Position numbers and translations under genes: made by a program
The notes under the pieces: generated by a model
What the model saw: only the letters and a program-made list of their open reading frames with translations
The model's database searches: none
Told to the model about the DNA's origin: nothing
In this document: positions 17,466 through 26,518 of the stretch, piece after piece
Numbering within the stretch: the first letter of the stretch is position 1
Layout of the letters: the number at the start of each line of letters is the position of its first letter
Virus record (IMG/VR): IMGVR_UViG_3300015171_000007
Location: 1 to 53,592 of that record
Origin: a virus
Taxonomy: Duplodnaviria; Caudoviricetes
DNA: 53,592 nucleotides
Reading direction: 5' to 3' (one strand)

Positions 17466-18134
17466 ATGACCGCGCGCAAGACGACCACGACCGCGAAGAA
17501 GCGCACCGCGCCCTCGCAGCAACCGGCCGCTCGACGCAAGCACCCCACGCCCGAGCCCGGCAAGACCCGCGCCTACGACTCGACTCACCGTCACGTCCTC
17601 AACGCCGAGCGGCAGAAGATGCTCCTCGACGCCATCACCATCGGGACCCCGCTCAAGACGGCCGCGCTCTACGCCGGTATCGAGAACGAGACGCTCCGCA
17701 AGTGGCGTGCCCGAGGCGAGGACGCTCAGAACGTTCCACCGGGCAAAAGGTCGCCGACCGAGCGGAAGTACGCGGATTTCGTTGGTGCGCTGGGCCGGGC
17801 TCTCGCGACGGCCGCCCATCAGGCGCAACTCACGGTCACGCGCAACATGACGATGCCGCTGACCCGGCCCGAGGTCGTACGTCGAGCCGACGGGACCGAC
17901 GAGGTCATTCAGGTCCCGGTCTCGGTCGAGGAGCGCCGCCTCGCGCAGCAGGCCGCGCAGTTCCACCTCACGCACCGCTCGGGTAAGCCCGAGACCGACT
18001 CCTCGTACTCCACGCAGACCCGTACCGAGGTCACGGGCGCCGACGGCGCGCCGCTCGAACTCTCGGCGGAGAAGGCGTGGGAGCGCATCTCGAACCTGCT
18101 CTCGACCCGGCTCGAGCCCGACGATGAAGCATGA
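17466..18134 (+). CDS. terminase small subunit-like HTH protein
   Basis: GTPLKTAALYAGI..ETLRKW..RG, YADF and C-terminal EVTGADGAPLE; TAGAGT just upstream suggests a leaderless start. Confidence 0.6.
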   Translation: MTARKTTTTAKKRTAPSQQPAARRKHPTPEPGKTRAYDSTHRHVLNAERQKMLLDAITIGTPLKTAALYAGIENETLRKWRARGEDAQNVPPGKRSPTERKYADFVGALGRALATAAHQAQLTVTRNMTMPLTRPEVVRRADGTDEVIQVPVSVEERRLAQQAAQFHLTHRSGKPETDSSYSTQTRTEVTGADGAPLELSAEKAWERISNLLSTRLEPDDEA

Positions 18135-18414
18135 CGAGTTCGAGGCGACGTTCGCGTTCACGCCGTCGGCCGACCAGTGGTCGGTACTCACGGCCGCGCC
18201 CCGAGCCCTGCCGTGCCCGTCGTGCGCTGGCCCGGCGGTCAAGGGTCACTTCGCCGTCGGCCGAGGGTTCGACATCGAGCATGAGGTCACGCGGGTCTAC
18301 TGCTTCTACTGCCTGCTCGACATCAACACCTGCGACTCGCACGGCGGGACGGTCGTCTCGTGGGGCATGACGATGTACGTCGCGGACGACGAGATGCGGA
18401 GACCGGACGAGTGA
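18124..18414 (+). CDS. Cys-motif hypothetical protein
   Basis: CPSC and CFYC motifs. Confidence 0.5.
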   Translation: MKHDEFEATFAFTPSADQWSVLTAAPRALPCPSCAGPAVKGHFAVGRGFDIEHEVTRVYCFYCLLDINTCDSHGGTVVSWGMTMYVADDEMRRPDE

Positions 18415-18624
18415 GATGGTTCCGGCGCCGACGGGTCGAGCCCGAGCCGGTCGTGTTAAAGCCCGTCCCGCTTATTGATAAGACCTTCCCAACGTGGGCG
18501 ACGAGGAAGCGTCCGCTTATCGACGCGCTTCCGTCCTTCGCTCCGGCGCTCGGCGGCAACGTTCGCGTCGGTATTATCTGCCACGTTCCGCGCGTACGCC
18601 GCATCGACGAGCGAGGCGTCTCCT

Positions 18625-18864
18625 GTGCCTGAGTCGCGTCCCATCTCCGTCCGTGCTCCCGCCGACCTGCACGAGCGCATCGAGTCGCTCGCCGAGCGCG
18701 ACGGCGTCACGAAATCGCAGTGGGTCATCACCGCGCTCGAGATACAGGTCGAGGCGAACGAGTCCGCTGATATCCATACGCCCTCCGTCGTGCGCGACTC
18801 GCTCCCGTCTAGGGTCGGCTTGCGGGTGAGGATGCCCGAGGGCGTCGTGAGGCCGATGAGATGA
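18625..18864 (+). CDS. ribbon-helix-helix (CopG/Arc-like) protein
   Basis: ISVRAPADLHERIESLAERDGVTKSQWVITALE. Confidence 0.65.
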   Translation: MPESRPISVRAPADLHERIESLAERDGVTKSQWVITALEIQVEANESADIHTPSVVRDSLPSRVGLRVRMPEGVVRPMR

Positions 18865-18871
18865 GGAGACC

Positions 18872-20110
18872 ATGACCACACCGACCTACGCTCGAGTGAA
18901 ACTCGACAAACTCACCCCGCACCCGCGCAACGCCCGTCAGGGCGACGTCGGCGCCATCGTCTCGTCGCTCGAGGCGCACGGCCAGTATCGCGCGCTCGTC
19001 GTGCAGAAGTCCACCGGCTACATCCTCGCGGGGAACCACACCTACCGGGCGATGCTCGCGCTCGGCTGGAAAGACGCGCATGTCAACTACCTCGACGTCG
19101 ACGACGAGACCGCGCTGCGTATCCTGCTCGTCGACAACCGCTCGAGCGACCTTGCGACCTACGACGACGACGCGCTGGCGTCGCTGCTGCGGGAACTGGC
19201 TGGGACCGAGACCGCTCTCGTCGGCACGGGGTTCGACGGCGACGAACTCGACGCGCTGCTGTTTCGGATGGCGCGCGATGCGGAGGTCAACGCGCGCCTG
19301 CTGGCGACCCCGAATGACGTCCCGGCCGTACCTGCTACCCCGCGTACGAAAGAAGGCGACGTGTGGGCGATGGGGGGGCACACGGTGCTATGTGCTGACG
19401 CCACGGACGGGGAATCGGTCAAACGGCTCATGGGCGGCGGCGTGGCCGACTGCTTGTGGACCGACCCGCCCTACGGGGTCAGTTACGTCGGCAAGACGAA
19501 GGACGCGCTCACCATCGCGGGCGACGAGGCCACCGGTCTGCTTAAGTTGCTTGAGGCGGCGTTCGCGAACGCCGCGATGGTGCTGGCGCCCGGTTCGCCG
19601 TGGTACATCGCCGCTCCATCGGGACCGCGTTGTCTCGACTTCCTCGACGCGCTCCGCAATACCGAGCCGATGCGACTTCACCAGATGCTGGTGTGGGTCA
19701 AGAACACGATGGTGCTCGGGCACTCGGACTATCACTACCGCCACGAGTTGGTGCTCTATGGATGGACCGCTGGCGTCGGTCGCGCGGGACGGGGAATGCA
19801 CAAGGGCACCAAGTGGTACGGCGACGACAGCCAGACCAGCGTGCTCGAGTTCGACAAGCCCGCCGCCAGCGAACTGCACCCGACCACGAAGCCGGTCGGC
19901 CTCATCGAGAAGTGCCTGTTGAACAGCACGAAGAACGGCGACGTCGTGCTCGACCTGTTCGGCGGCTCTGGCTCGACGATGATTGCCTGCGAGCAGATTG
20001 GGCGGGTGGCGCGGGTGATGGAGTTGGACCCGCGCTACGTCGACGTCATCGTCACCCGGTGGGAGCAGGCCACGGGCGAGAAGGCGAAGCGCGAGCGGCG
20101 GCGCAAGTAG
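18872..20110 (+). CDS. ParB-like N-domain fused to an N4/N6 DNA methyltransferase
   Basis: LTPHPRNAR...ILAGNH (ParB-N); TDPPY, HPTTKPV and VLDLFGGSGST (beta-class MTase). Confidence 0.9.
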   Translation: MTTPTYARVKLDKLTPHPRNARQGDVGAIVSSLEAHGQYRALVVQKSTGYILAGNHTYRAMLALGWKDAHVNYLDVDDETALRILLVDNRSSDLATYDDDALASLLRELAGTETALVGTGFDGDELDALLFRMARDAEVNARLLATPNDVPAVPATPRTKEGDVWAMGGHTVLCADATDGESVKRLMGGGVADCLWTDPPYGVSYVGKTKDALTIAGDEATGLLKLLEAAFANAAMVLAPGSPWYIAAPSGPRCLDFLDALRNTEPMRLHQMLVWVKNTMVLGHSDYHYRHELVLYGWTAGVGRAGRGMHKGTKWYGDDSQTSVLEFDKPAASELHPTTKPVGLIEKCLLNSTKNGDVVLDLFGGSGSTMIACEQIGRVARVMELDPRYVDVIVTRWEQATGEKAKRERRRK

Positions 20111-20112
20111 CG

Positions 20113-20382
20113 ATGAACGTCGTCATCGTCCTCTACGATAACGGCGAGTCGGCTCGACTCGAAGCCGAGGGCGTCGACCATTTCGTCCTCTGCTCCACTC
20201 CTCGCGAGAGTGATGCGCTCGTTCGGGCCGGTCGGGTCCACCCGTTCCGGGTCGTGATGATGAACGCGGCTGGCGCCTCGAAGTGGGAGTTCGCGATGGG
20301 GATGTTCAACGTCGGCGAGACTGCGACGATTCTCTCGGACGGCGTCGAGTACACCGTCACGAAGGAAAGGTCGCGTGAGTGA
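20113..20382 (+). CDS. hypothetical protein
   Basis: ORF filling the gap before the terminase. Confidence 0.5.
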   Translation: MNVVIVLYDNGESARLEAEGVDHFVLCSTPRESDALVRAGRVHPFRVVMMNAAGASKWEFAMGMFNVGETATILSDGVEYTVTKERSRE

Positions 20383-22126
20383 CCTACTCGGCCTAACGAA
20401 GCGCGAGTTCGCGCTGCGGTGGAATTCGATGTCGGCCGTCGAGCGACAAGACGCGATGGCGGCGATAGAGGTCGTCGAGCGCGCCGGTCAAGACCCGACG
20501 CCCGCCACCCTCGCGAAGCGCCTCGACCCGTCGACCATTCAGACGCCCGCGCTCACGCTCATCGACGCCCAACTTGTCAAGGTCGCCGAGGGCATCGAGA
20601 ACATGTATCGACGCCGCGTGCTCCTCACCGAACTCACCGACTCGGGTATCCCCGTCGAGACGGCGACCGAGATGGTTAGAGAGGAGATACCCGACGTCGG
20701 CGTGCTCCGGCTCATCATCAACATGCCGCCGCAGGAGGGCAAGTCGCAGCGCGTCTCGAGGTACGGGCTGCTTTGGCTCCTACGACGGTTCCCGACGCTC
20801 CGGGCCGGTCTCGTCTCCTACGACGGCGCGAACGCGACGACCTTCTCGTATCAGGTCCGCGCCGACATAGAACTGTTCAACGGTAGGGACGAGCCGTTCG
20901 ACCTCGGGCTACGACTCGCGCCCGACCAGAAGGCGAAGTCGAGGTTCCTGCTGACGCGCGGCGGCGGCGTCTACGCCATCGGCATCGGCGGTGGTCTCAC
21001 CGGCCGACCGCTCGACCTCGGTCTCATCGACGACCCGACGAAGGACTACCGCGACGCCGAGTCGTCGCTCAAGTCGGACAACTCGTGGGTCTGGTGGCAG
21101 ACGACCATGAAGCCGCGCCTCGCGCCGTGGTGCCCGGTCATCGTCGTCTCGACCCGCTGGCACGAGTACGACCTCACGGGGCGCCTCGCGCTCAAGCAAC
21201 TCGAGGACGAGGCGGCGGGCGTTCACAACTACGACAAGTGGACGGTCCTCAACATCCCGGCCGAGGCCGAGGGCGACGACGACCCGCTCGGCCGCGAGCC
21301 CGGGGAGTTCCTCGCGTCGGCTCGAGGCCGCACGACCGCCGACTGGCAGGCGCTCAAGCAGGGCATGGAACCGCGATTCTGGACGTCGCTCTATCAGGGT
21401 CGACCGGCGCCCGAGACCGGCGACATCTTCCTCAAGGAGTGGTGGCGCACTTACGACGAGGTCATGTGGGTCAAGAAACTCGACGGCACGTTCCGCGTGC
21501 CCGGGTGGGAACTCTCCCAGTCGTGGGACTTCGCCTTTCGCGACACGAAGCACTCGGACTACGTCGTCGGTCAACTGTGGGCGAAGAAGGGCGCGGAGTC
21601 GAGGCTCATCACGCAGACGCGCGCGAGATTGTCATTCACGGCGACGTGCGACGCGATACGACGGTTGTCGCATCTGTTCCCCGAGGCGCGGCGCAAGATA
21701 GTCGAGGCGAAGGCGAACGGCGACGCCATCATCGACGCGCTGCACAAGGAAATCCCCGGCATCATCGCGGTCACGCCCGACCAGTCGAAGGAGGCGCGCG
21801 CCCGCGCGGTGACGATGTTTGTACGTGCCGGGAACCTCGCGCTGCCGTCTCCTCGAGTCGCGATGGCCGACCCCGAGATTGCCTTCTCGCCGCTCGACTT
21901 CATCGCCGAGCACACGTCGTTCCCGAACGGCGCGAACGACGACCAAGTCGACTGCACGACGCAGTACCTCAAGGTCATGTACCTCGAGGGCGGCGAGGGC
22001 ACGTTCGAGTCACCCGTCGGCATCGTCCTGCAAGGTAACCTCGCACGTAGCCGACCGACGAAGGGAGTGCCGTTGACGCCGATTCAGATGCGCCTCGAGC
22101 AGAAGCGCAAGGCGGGCGTGCTGTGA
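20375..22126 (+). CDS. terL: terminase large subunit
   Basis: MPPQEGKS Walker A, LIDDP Walker B, TRWHEYDL, SWDFAF, VEAKANG and FPNGANDDQVD nuclease motifs. Confidence 0.95.
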   Translation: MSDLLGLTKREFALRWNSMSAVERQDAMAAIEVVERAGQDPTPATLAKRLDPSTIQTPALTLIDAQLVKVAEGIENMYRRRVLLTELTDSGIPVETATEMVREEIPDVGVLRLIINMPPQEGKSQRVSRYGLLWLLRRFPTLRAGLVSYDGANATTFSYQVRADIELFNGRDEPFDLGLRLAPDQKAKSRFLLTRGGGVYAIGIGGGLTGRPLDLGLIDDPTKDYRDAESSLKSDNSWVWWQTTMKPRLAPWCPVIVVSTRWHEYDLTGRLALKQLEDEAAGVHNYDKWTVLNIPAEAEGDDDPLGREPGEFLASARGRTTADWQALKQGMEPRFWTSLYQGRPAPETGDIFLKEWWRTYDEVMWVKKLDGTFRVPGWELSQSWDFAFRDTKHSDYVVGQLWAKKGAESRLITQTRARLSFTATCDAIRRLSHLFPEARRKIVEAKANGDAIIDALHKEIPGIIAVTPDQSKEARARAVTMFVRAGNLALPSPRVAMADPEIAFSPLDFIAEHTSFPNGANDDQVDCTTQYLKVMYLEGGEGTFESPVGIVLQGNLARSRPTKGVPLTPIQMRLEQKRKAGVL

Positions 22127-22551
22127 CCGACCTATTCGAGGCGAAGGCGCTCGTGCTCGCGGCGTTCGCTCGAGGCCCGGCCATCATGCTCGAGGAGCGC
22201 GACCGCGACAAACGGCTCGTCAGTTTGCTAACCGTTGTCGAGATGGAGTGGGAATCGACGCAGCGCGATGAGCGCCACGAGCGCCAATCGAGCACGGTGA
22301 CCTCCATTCACGTCAAGGGCACCGTCGCCTCGGTCGGCCCGGTCGTCGACGCCTCTCGAGGCAAGGTCAACTGGACGCGCATCTTCGCTGACCTCCGTTC
22401 GAGACCCGGCTCGCAGATAGAGGTCCTGTACGACAAGATGCGCACGGCCGTCGTGCGCGCGTCATACATCGAGCAGCACAACGACGATTTAGTCGCGGTC
22501 GCCGAGCACCGGGGCGACCGCGCGGTAGTCATCCTCGCGGTCGTCGTCTAG
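22123..22551 (+). CDS. hypothetical protein
   Basis: GTGA-coupled to terL. Confidence 0.55.
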   Translation: MTDLFEAKALVLAAFARGPAIMLEERDRDKRLVSLLTVVEMEWESTQRDERHERQSSTVTSIHVKGTVASVGPVVDASRGKVNWTRIFADLRSRPGSQIEVLYDKMRTAVVRASYIEQHNDDLVAVAEHRGDRAVVILAVVV

Positions 22552-22611
22552 TTCCTGTAGAGTCTCGACGAACGAACCGCAACCGAGCGGTCAACGAAGG
22601 AGCGTCACACA

Positions 22612-22911
22612 ATGGCACTAGACAACTCGGAGCGGCTGCTCCTCATACTCGAGGCGGCGGAAGAGGTCCCCGCTGCCGTGACCGCGACCGACGTCTCGAC
22701 TACCGCCGTGGCCGTGGCGACGACCGTCTCGACGCAGACGACGCCCTACGGTTTCACGACCTCGGCGCAGGCCGACGCGCTCGTAGCGCAGGTCAACGCG
22801 CTCGTCGCGGACAACCTCGCCAAGACGACGGCCATCAACGACCTCATCGACGACGTCGCCGCGCTCCGCGCGTACCTCGTCACGATTAACACCGCCGCAA
22901 CCACGGCGTAG
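22612..22911 (+). CDS. small virion/head-fibre-like protein
   Basis: RBS AAGGAG; Thr/Ala-rich with coiled-coil C-terminus (PYGFTTSAQADALVAQVNAL). Confidence 0.6.
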   Translation: MALDNSERLLLILEAAEEVPAAVTATDVSTTAVAVATTVSTQTTPYGFTTSAQADALVAQVNALVADNLAKTTAINDLIDDVAALRAYLVTINTAATTA

Positions 22912-22918
22912 TGTCGTC

Positions 22919-23269
22919 GTGCTCGACGACGACGAGGTCATGGTGAGGGACGTGTTCCCGGCCGAGGTGTCGCTCTCTGACGGGCGGCTGTTCCGTCAGG
23001 TGCGCGTCATGGTCACCTCGCACCGCGTCGTCGCATGGAAGGCGAACGCCGAGACGATGAAGCCCGAGGTCGTGCTCAACGAGCGTATCCACTACACGTC
23101 ATCGCCTCGCTCTCGTGGCTCGCTCAATATCGACGAGCGCATCGAGGTCCACTCGGAGAATTTCACCGGCTCGATTAACCGAGGGAAGGGGTGCGGGTGC
23201 GGGTCGACCGGCCTGCTCCTTAAGGCGCTACCGACGGCGGCGCCGTGGCAACGAAAGGTCAACGCATGA
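22919..23269 (+). CDS. hypothetical protein
   Basis: GCGCGS motif; ORF in operon. Confidence 0.55.
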   Translation: MLDDDEVMVRDVFPAEVSLSDGRLFRQVRVMVTSHRVVAWKANAETMKPEVVLNERIHYTSSPRSRGSLNIDERIEVHSENFTGSINRGKGCGCGSTGLLLKALPTAAPWQRKVNA

Positions 23270-24159
23270 GCGCACAAGACAACCCCGAGCGACTCCTCGC
23301 GTTTATGAACGCGGCTATCGAGGCGGGTGCCTATGACCCGAATACGGAGACCTTTGTCGGTGGCGGTGGTACGACATTTAGCGGCACAGGTACGCCGAAC
23401 GCTAAGGGTGCTTTCGCCCTTGCGGGCGCGGCCACGATTCCGCTCACCGTTGTCGCGGGTGTCAATGACACATTCATCCATACACCGATTGCGACAGGCA
23501 TCCCGAATACGCTGACCATCGCGCCGGGCACCTATAACTCGTTGCAAGAATTGCAAGTCGCACTCACCACCGCGACCGGCACCGTCGAGGGCTTCAACGC
23601 AATCTTCTACACTTATCTCTTTGGTTGGGACCAAGAAAACATGGGGTCGCTCTACGTCTACGCAAGAGCGACGGGCACTGCCAATAATGGGGACACCCTC
23701 ACCTCTGGTCCGACTGACGTTCTTGCTGAACTCGGCTTCACTTCGCCCGTGACACTTTCCGGTGGACAGGTCGGGCAGGTCGGGGCGTTCGGACAGTCGT
23801 ATAAAGACACGACGACTGGCGCGATATTTATGCAGTCCAACACAGGACCCGACGCCATCGGATGGTACTGCGCCACGGGCATCTCCGACCTCCTCGCGTG
23901 GAACCCCAATGGGTTATTCCCCCATACCAACGGTGATTACTCCACCGCACACTGGGTGGTGGAAAGCGGCGACAGCGGCGCTGGCTATCTGAACATGAAC
24001 CCCGATGGCTCGCTCGTTCTGCCGCATTCCGGTGGTTCCATCTACGCGATTCGCGGTGTTCCGACCTTCACGCCGAGGTTCGGCAATAACGCACTCTGCG
24101 TTGATACCACAACCGGCATTTGGTATCACTGGAACCATCCCGGCTGGGTCGCGGCATGA
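23266..24159 (+). CDS. accessory virion (fibre/decoration-like) protein
   Basis: Gly/Thr-rich beta-type sequence; N-terminus shared with 24756 gene; lower GC. Confidence 0.6.
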   Translation: MSAQDNPERLLAFMNAAIEAGAYDPNTETFVGGGGTTFSGTGTPNAKGAFALAGAATIPLTVVAGVNDTFIHTPIATGIPNTLTIAPGTYNSLQELQVALTTATGTVEGFNAIFYTYLFGWDQENMGSLYVYARATGTANNGDTLTSGPTDVLAELGFTSPVTLSGGQVGQVGAFGQSYKDTTTGAIFMQSNTGPDAIGWYCATGISDLLAWNPNGLFPHTNGDYSTAHWVVESGDSGAGYLNMNPDGSLVLPHSGGSIYAIRGVPTFTPRFGNNALCVDTTTGIWYHWNHPGWVAA

Positions 24160-24743
24160 GCATCACACGCGTCGCACTCGAGGGCAAGTTCATCAACGCC
24201 GACGGCTCGCCCGCGAGCGGGACGATATGCGCCCGGCTCAACACCGAACTCTCGAACACACCCGAGACGGTCTCGCCGTCGGTGATATGCGGGCTGCTCG
24301 ACGGCGAGGGTCGTATCATCGGGCAGGACCAACGCGCGCTCGTTCTCTACGCGACCGACGACGCGGGCACCTATCCGGTCGGCTCGACGTACACGCTGAC
24401 GCTCGAACTCGACGGCGAGATGCCGGTGGAGTTCGCCACCCCGGTTCCGCACGCTCCGGCTGTCTGGGGCGGACTGGTCCCGGTGACCTGTCAGGACCCA
24501 GCGGCGACCACGACCATCAGCACCGAGGTGGTCCAACTGGTTCATCTGGTGGCCTCATTCTCGATGGTTGGCGCCACTGTCACGGGCAACCACTTCACCG
24601 GTTCCGTCACCATCACTGCGGTTGACCCTGCGGCGAACACCATCACGGTTAGTGCCAATGCCACTACATCTGGGGTGGACACCGCGCTGACCATCGCCGG
24701 TGGCTGTGTGGAGTTGGCGGCACTTCGAGAGAATGCGCTGTAG
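24156..24743 (+). CDS. putative virion protein
   Basis: GKFINADGSPASGTI adaptor-like N-terminus, Thr-rich C-terminus. Confidence 0.55.
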   Translation: MSITRVALEGKFINADGSPASGTICARLNTELSNTPETVSPSVICGLLDGEGRIIGQDQRALVLYATDDAGTYPVGSTYTLTLELDGEMPVEFATPVPHAPAVWGGLVPVTCQDPAATTTISTEVVQLVHLVASFSMVGATVTGNHFTGSVTITAVDPAANTITVSANATTSGVDTALTIAGGCVELAALRENAL

Positions 24744-24755
24744 GAAAGAGGAATC

Positions 24756-25607
24756 ATGCCCGGGCCAACCGACAACTTTGAGAAAGTCTTGGAGTTCCTT
24801 CAAGCGGCGATTGCTGCCGGTTCCTATGACCCCGTGACCCACGTATTCACTCCGGGCGGTGGTTCATTCCCGACATTCACTGGCACGGGCTCACCAGAAG
24901 GCGTGCAGACCGCGACAGCGATTGGTCAGACCTATCAAGACTCAGCGACGGGGGCGCTCTACTTCTACTACGGGACGCCACCGAGCAACACTGGCTGGAT
25001 TCTCACGATTGGCTTAGTTGTAAGTAGTAGTGACAAGTTTCCTTCGCTTCTTCCGGAGTTGACCGGCACATTTCTCTGCACGCAAGACGGCTTCACGCAG
25101 TTTGGCCCGCAGAAGGGAAATACCGTAGGTCATGACAGTTACGAGTTCTACTTCAACAACACCTACTACTGGGAACTGCACGCAGGTTCTGGTAGTCCTC
25201 AAGGGGTATATGCGCTTGGCGGGGTTGGCAACTGGTACTACGACGCGACCAATTTCGATTTGTACATCGCGAAGGCCGCTGGCGACTCACACTGGACGAA
25301 GATAGTCGCAACCGGAGTTGATGGCACGACGACCCTCCCCGGCTCAATAGCCACGCCCGTCGTTACCGAATCCGCGCCCTACTCGATGGTCGGCAACGAG
25401 GCGGTCATCCTGACGAACTCCAGCGTGACTCTCCCCCCACCATCCGCCTACCAGAACTTCCAGTACACGGTAAAGGACAATGGCGCGGGAACGGCAAGTG
25501 TGCTGCATAACGCTGCCGAGACTATCGATGGTGTCGCATCCAAGTCACTTATCGCCTATGAATCAGTCACCGTCGTCTCAGACGGCACGAACTGGTTTAT
25601 CATCTAA
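24756..25607 (+). CDS. accessory virion (fibre/decoration-like) protein
   Basis: Two GxGSPxG...YxD repeats; C-terminal ETIDG...SDGTNWFII fibre-like domain. Confidence 0.65.
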   Translation: MPGPTDNFEKVLEFLQAAIAAGSYDPVTHVFTPGGGSFPTFTGTGSPEGVQTATAIGQTYQDSATGALYFYYGTPPSNTGWILTIGLVVSSSDKFPSLLPELTGTFLCTQDGFTQFGPQKGNTVGHDSYEFYFNNTYYWELHAGSGSPQGVYALGGVGNWYYDATNFDLYIAKAAGDSHWTKIVATGVDGTTTLPGSIATPVVTESAPYSMVGNEAVILTNSSVTLPPPSAYQNFQYTVKDNGAGTASVLHNAAETIDGVASKSLIAYESVTVVSDGTNWFII

Positions 25608-25616
25608 GGAGCAGAA

Positions 25617-26162
25617 ATGAGTCACCCAACAGGCGTTCCCATCGTCCGTAAGTTCCCCTTCGCCTTCAACACCCCGAACATCTTGACCGGAGCGAGCCTC
25701 TACACCCCAACCATCGGGGATATCCTGCTCGATGCCTGGATTGAGATTGACACGGCGTGGGATGGCATGACGCCTTTGGGCGACGTTGGACTTTTTCTCT
25801 CTCACATCCCGGGGTTGTTTCAAGGCGCGGCTGGCGCGGCTGTGCCAATGAACGTGGCAGATACGCTGATTCACGGTGAAGGTCCATTGGGTGGTCAAAG
25901 CATGAATGACCTGCACACCGCTGACGCACTAGGTCAAAGTTTAAACGGGGTGGCCGTGCTGCCCGTCCCGGTTGCGGGGGCATCGCTCACCTTGGCCACG
26001 CCGTCGCCTTTCGCCAATGGTGTTCGAGTCGTTCCCTCGAAGTTCCAGAGTGCCAACCCCATCAAGGTCGTCGTCTCCCAAGATGGCACCACAACGGGAG
26101 GCGACCCCGGCTCGACTGTCGGCAGCGCAATCCTCTACCTCGTGACGGCGACACCCGCATGA
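25617..26162 (+). CDS. putative virion protein
   Basis: RBS AAGGAG; beta-rich sequence. Confidence 0.55.
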   Translation: MSHPTGVPIVRKFPFAFNTPNILTGASLYTPTIGDILLDAWIEIDTAWDGMTPLGDVGLFLSHIPGLFQGAAGAAVPMNVADTLIHGEGPLGGQSMNDLHTADALGQSLNGVAVLPVPVAGASLTLATPSPFANGVRVVPSKFQSANPIKVVVSQDGTTTGGDPGSTVGSAILYLVTATPA

Positions 26163-26518
26163 CCCTCTCGTTCGCCGCTCTGGTCGTGCTAGGGCTCGCC
26201 ACCTATCGCCAAGCCCGCCTCGTCGTCGACGACGACATTCTCGCGCGGTTCCGCGAGTGGCTACGGCGGCTCTCGTTCACCGACTACGTCAAGACCGACT
26301 ACGCGAGCGGCGCGGTCATCGCGCAGAAGTCTGACGTCGACCCCGACTCGAGGTGGCGGTTCGCGTTCAAGGTCGCGACGTGTCACTGGTGCATCTCGGT
26401 CTGGCTCGGCGCGGCGAACGTCGTGCTCTGGCACTACTTCTCGTCGTGGTATCAGTACCCTTGCTACGCGCTGGCGCTCTCGGTCGTCTCGGGCAAACTC
26501 GCCGAGTGGAGTCACTAG
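26159..26518 (+). CDS. DUF1360-like membrane protein
   Basis: LATYR.ARLVVDD.I...R and CHWCISVW motifs; directly before the portal. Confidence 0.75.
   Translation: MTLSFAALVVLGLATYRQARLVVDDDILARFREWLRRLSFTDYVKTDYASGAVIAQKSDVDPDSRWRFAFKVATCHWCISVWLGAANVVLWHYFSSWYQYPCYALALSVVSGKLAEWSH

Noticed and set aside
18872-19300. ParB domain as a partition system
   Set aside because: Only the N-terminal ParB/Srx-like domain fused to a methyltransferase, common near terminases; no HTH and no ParA
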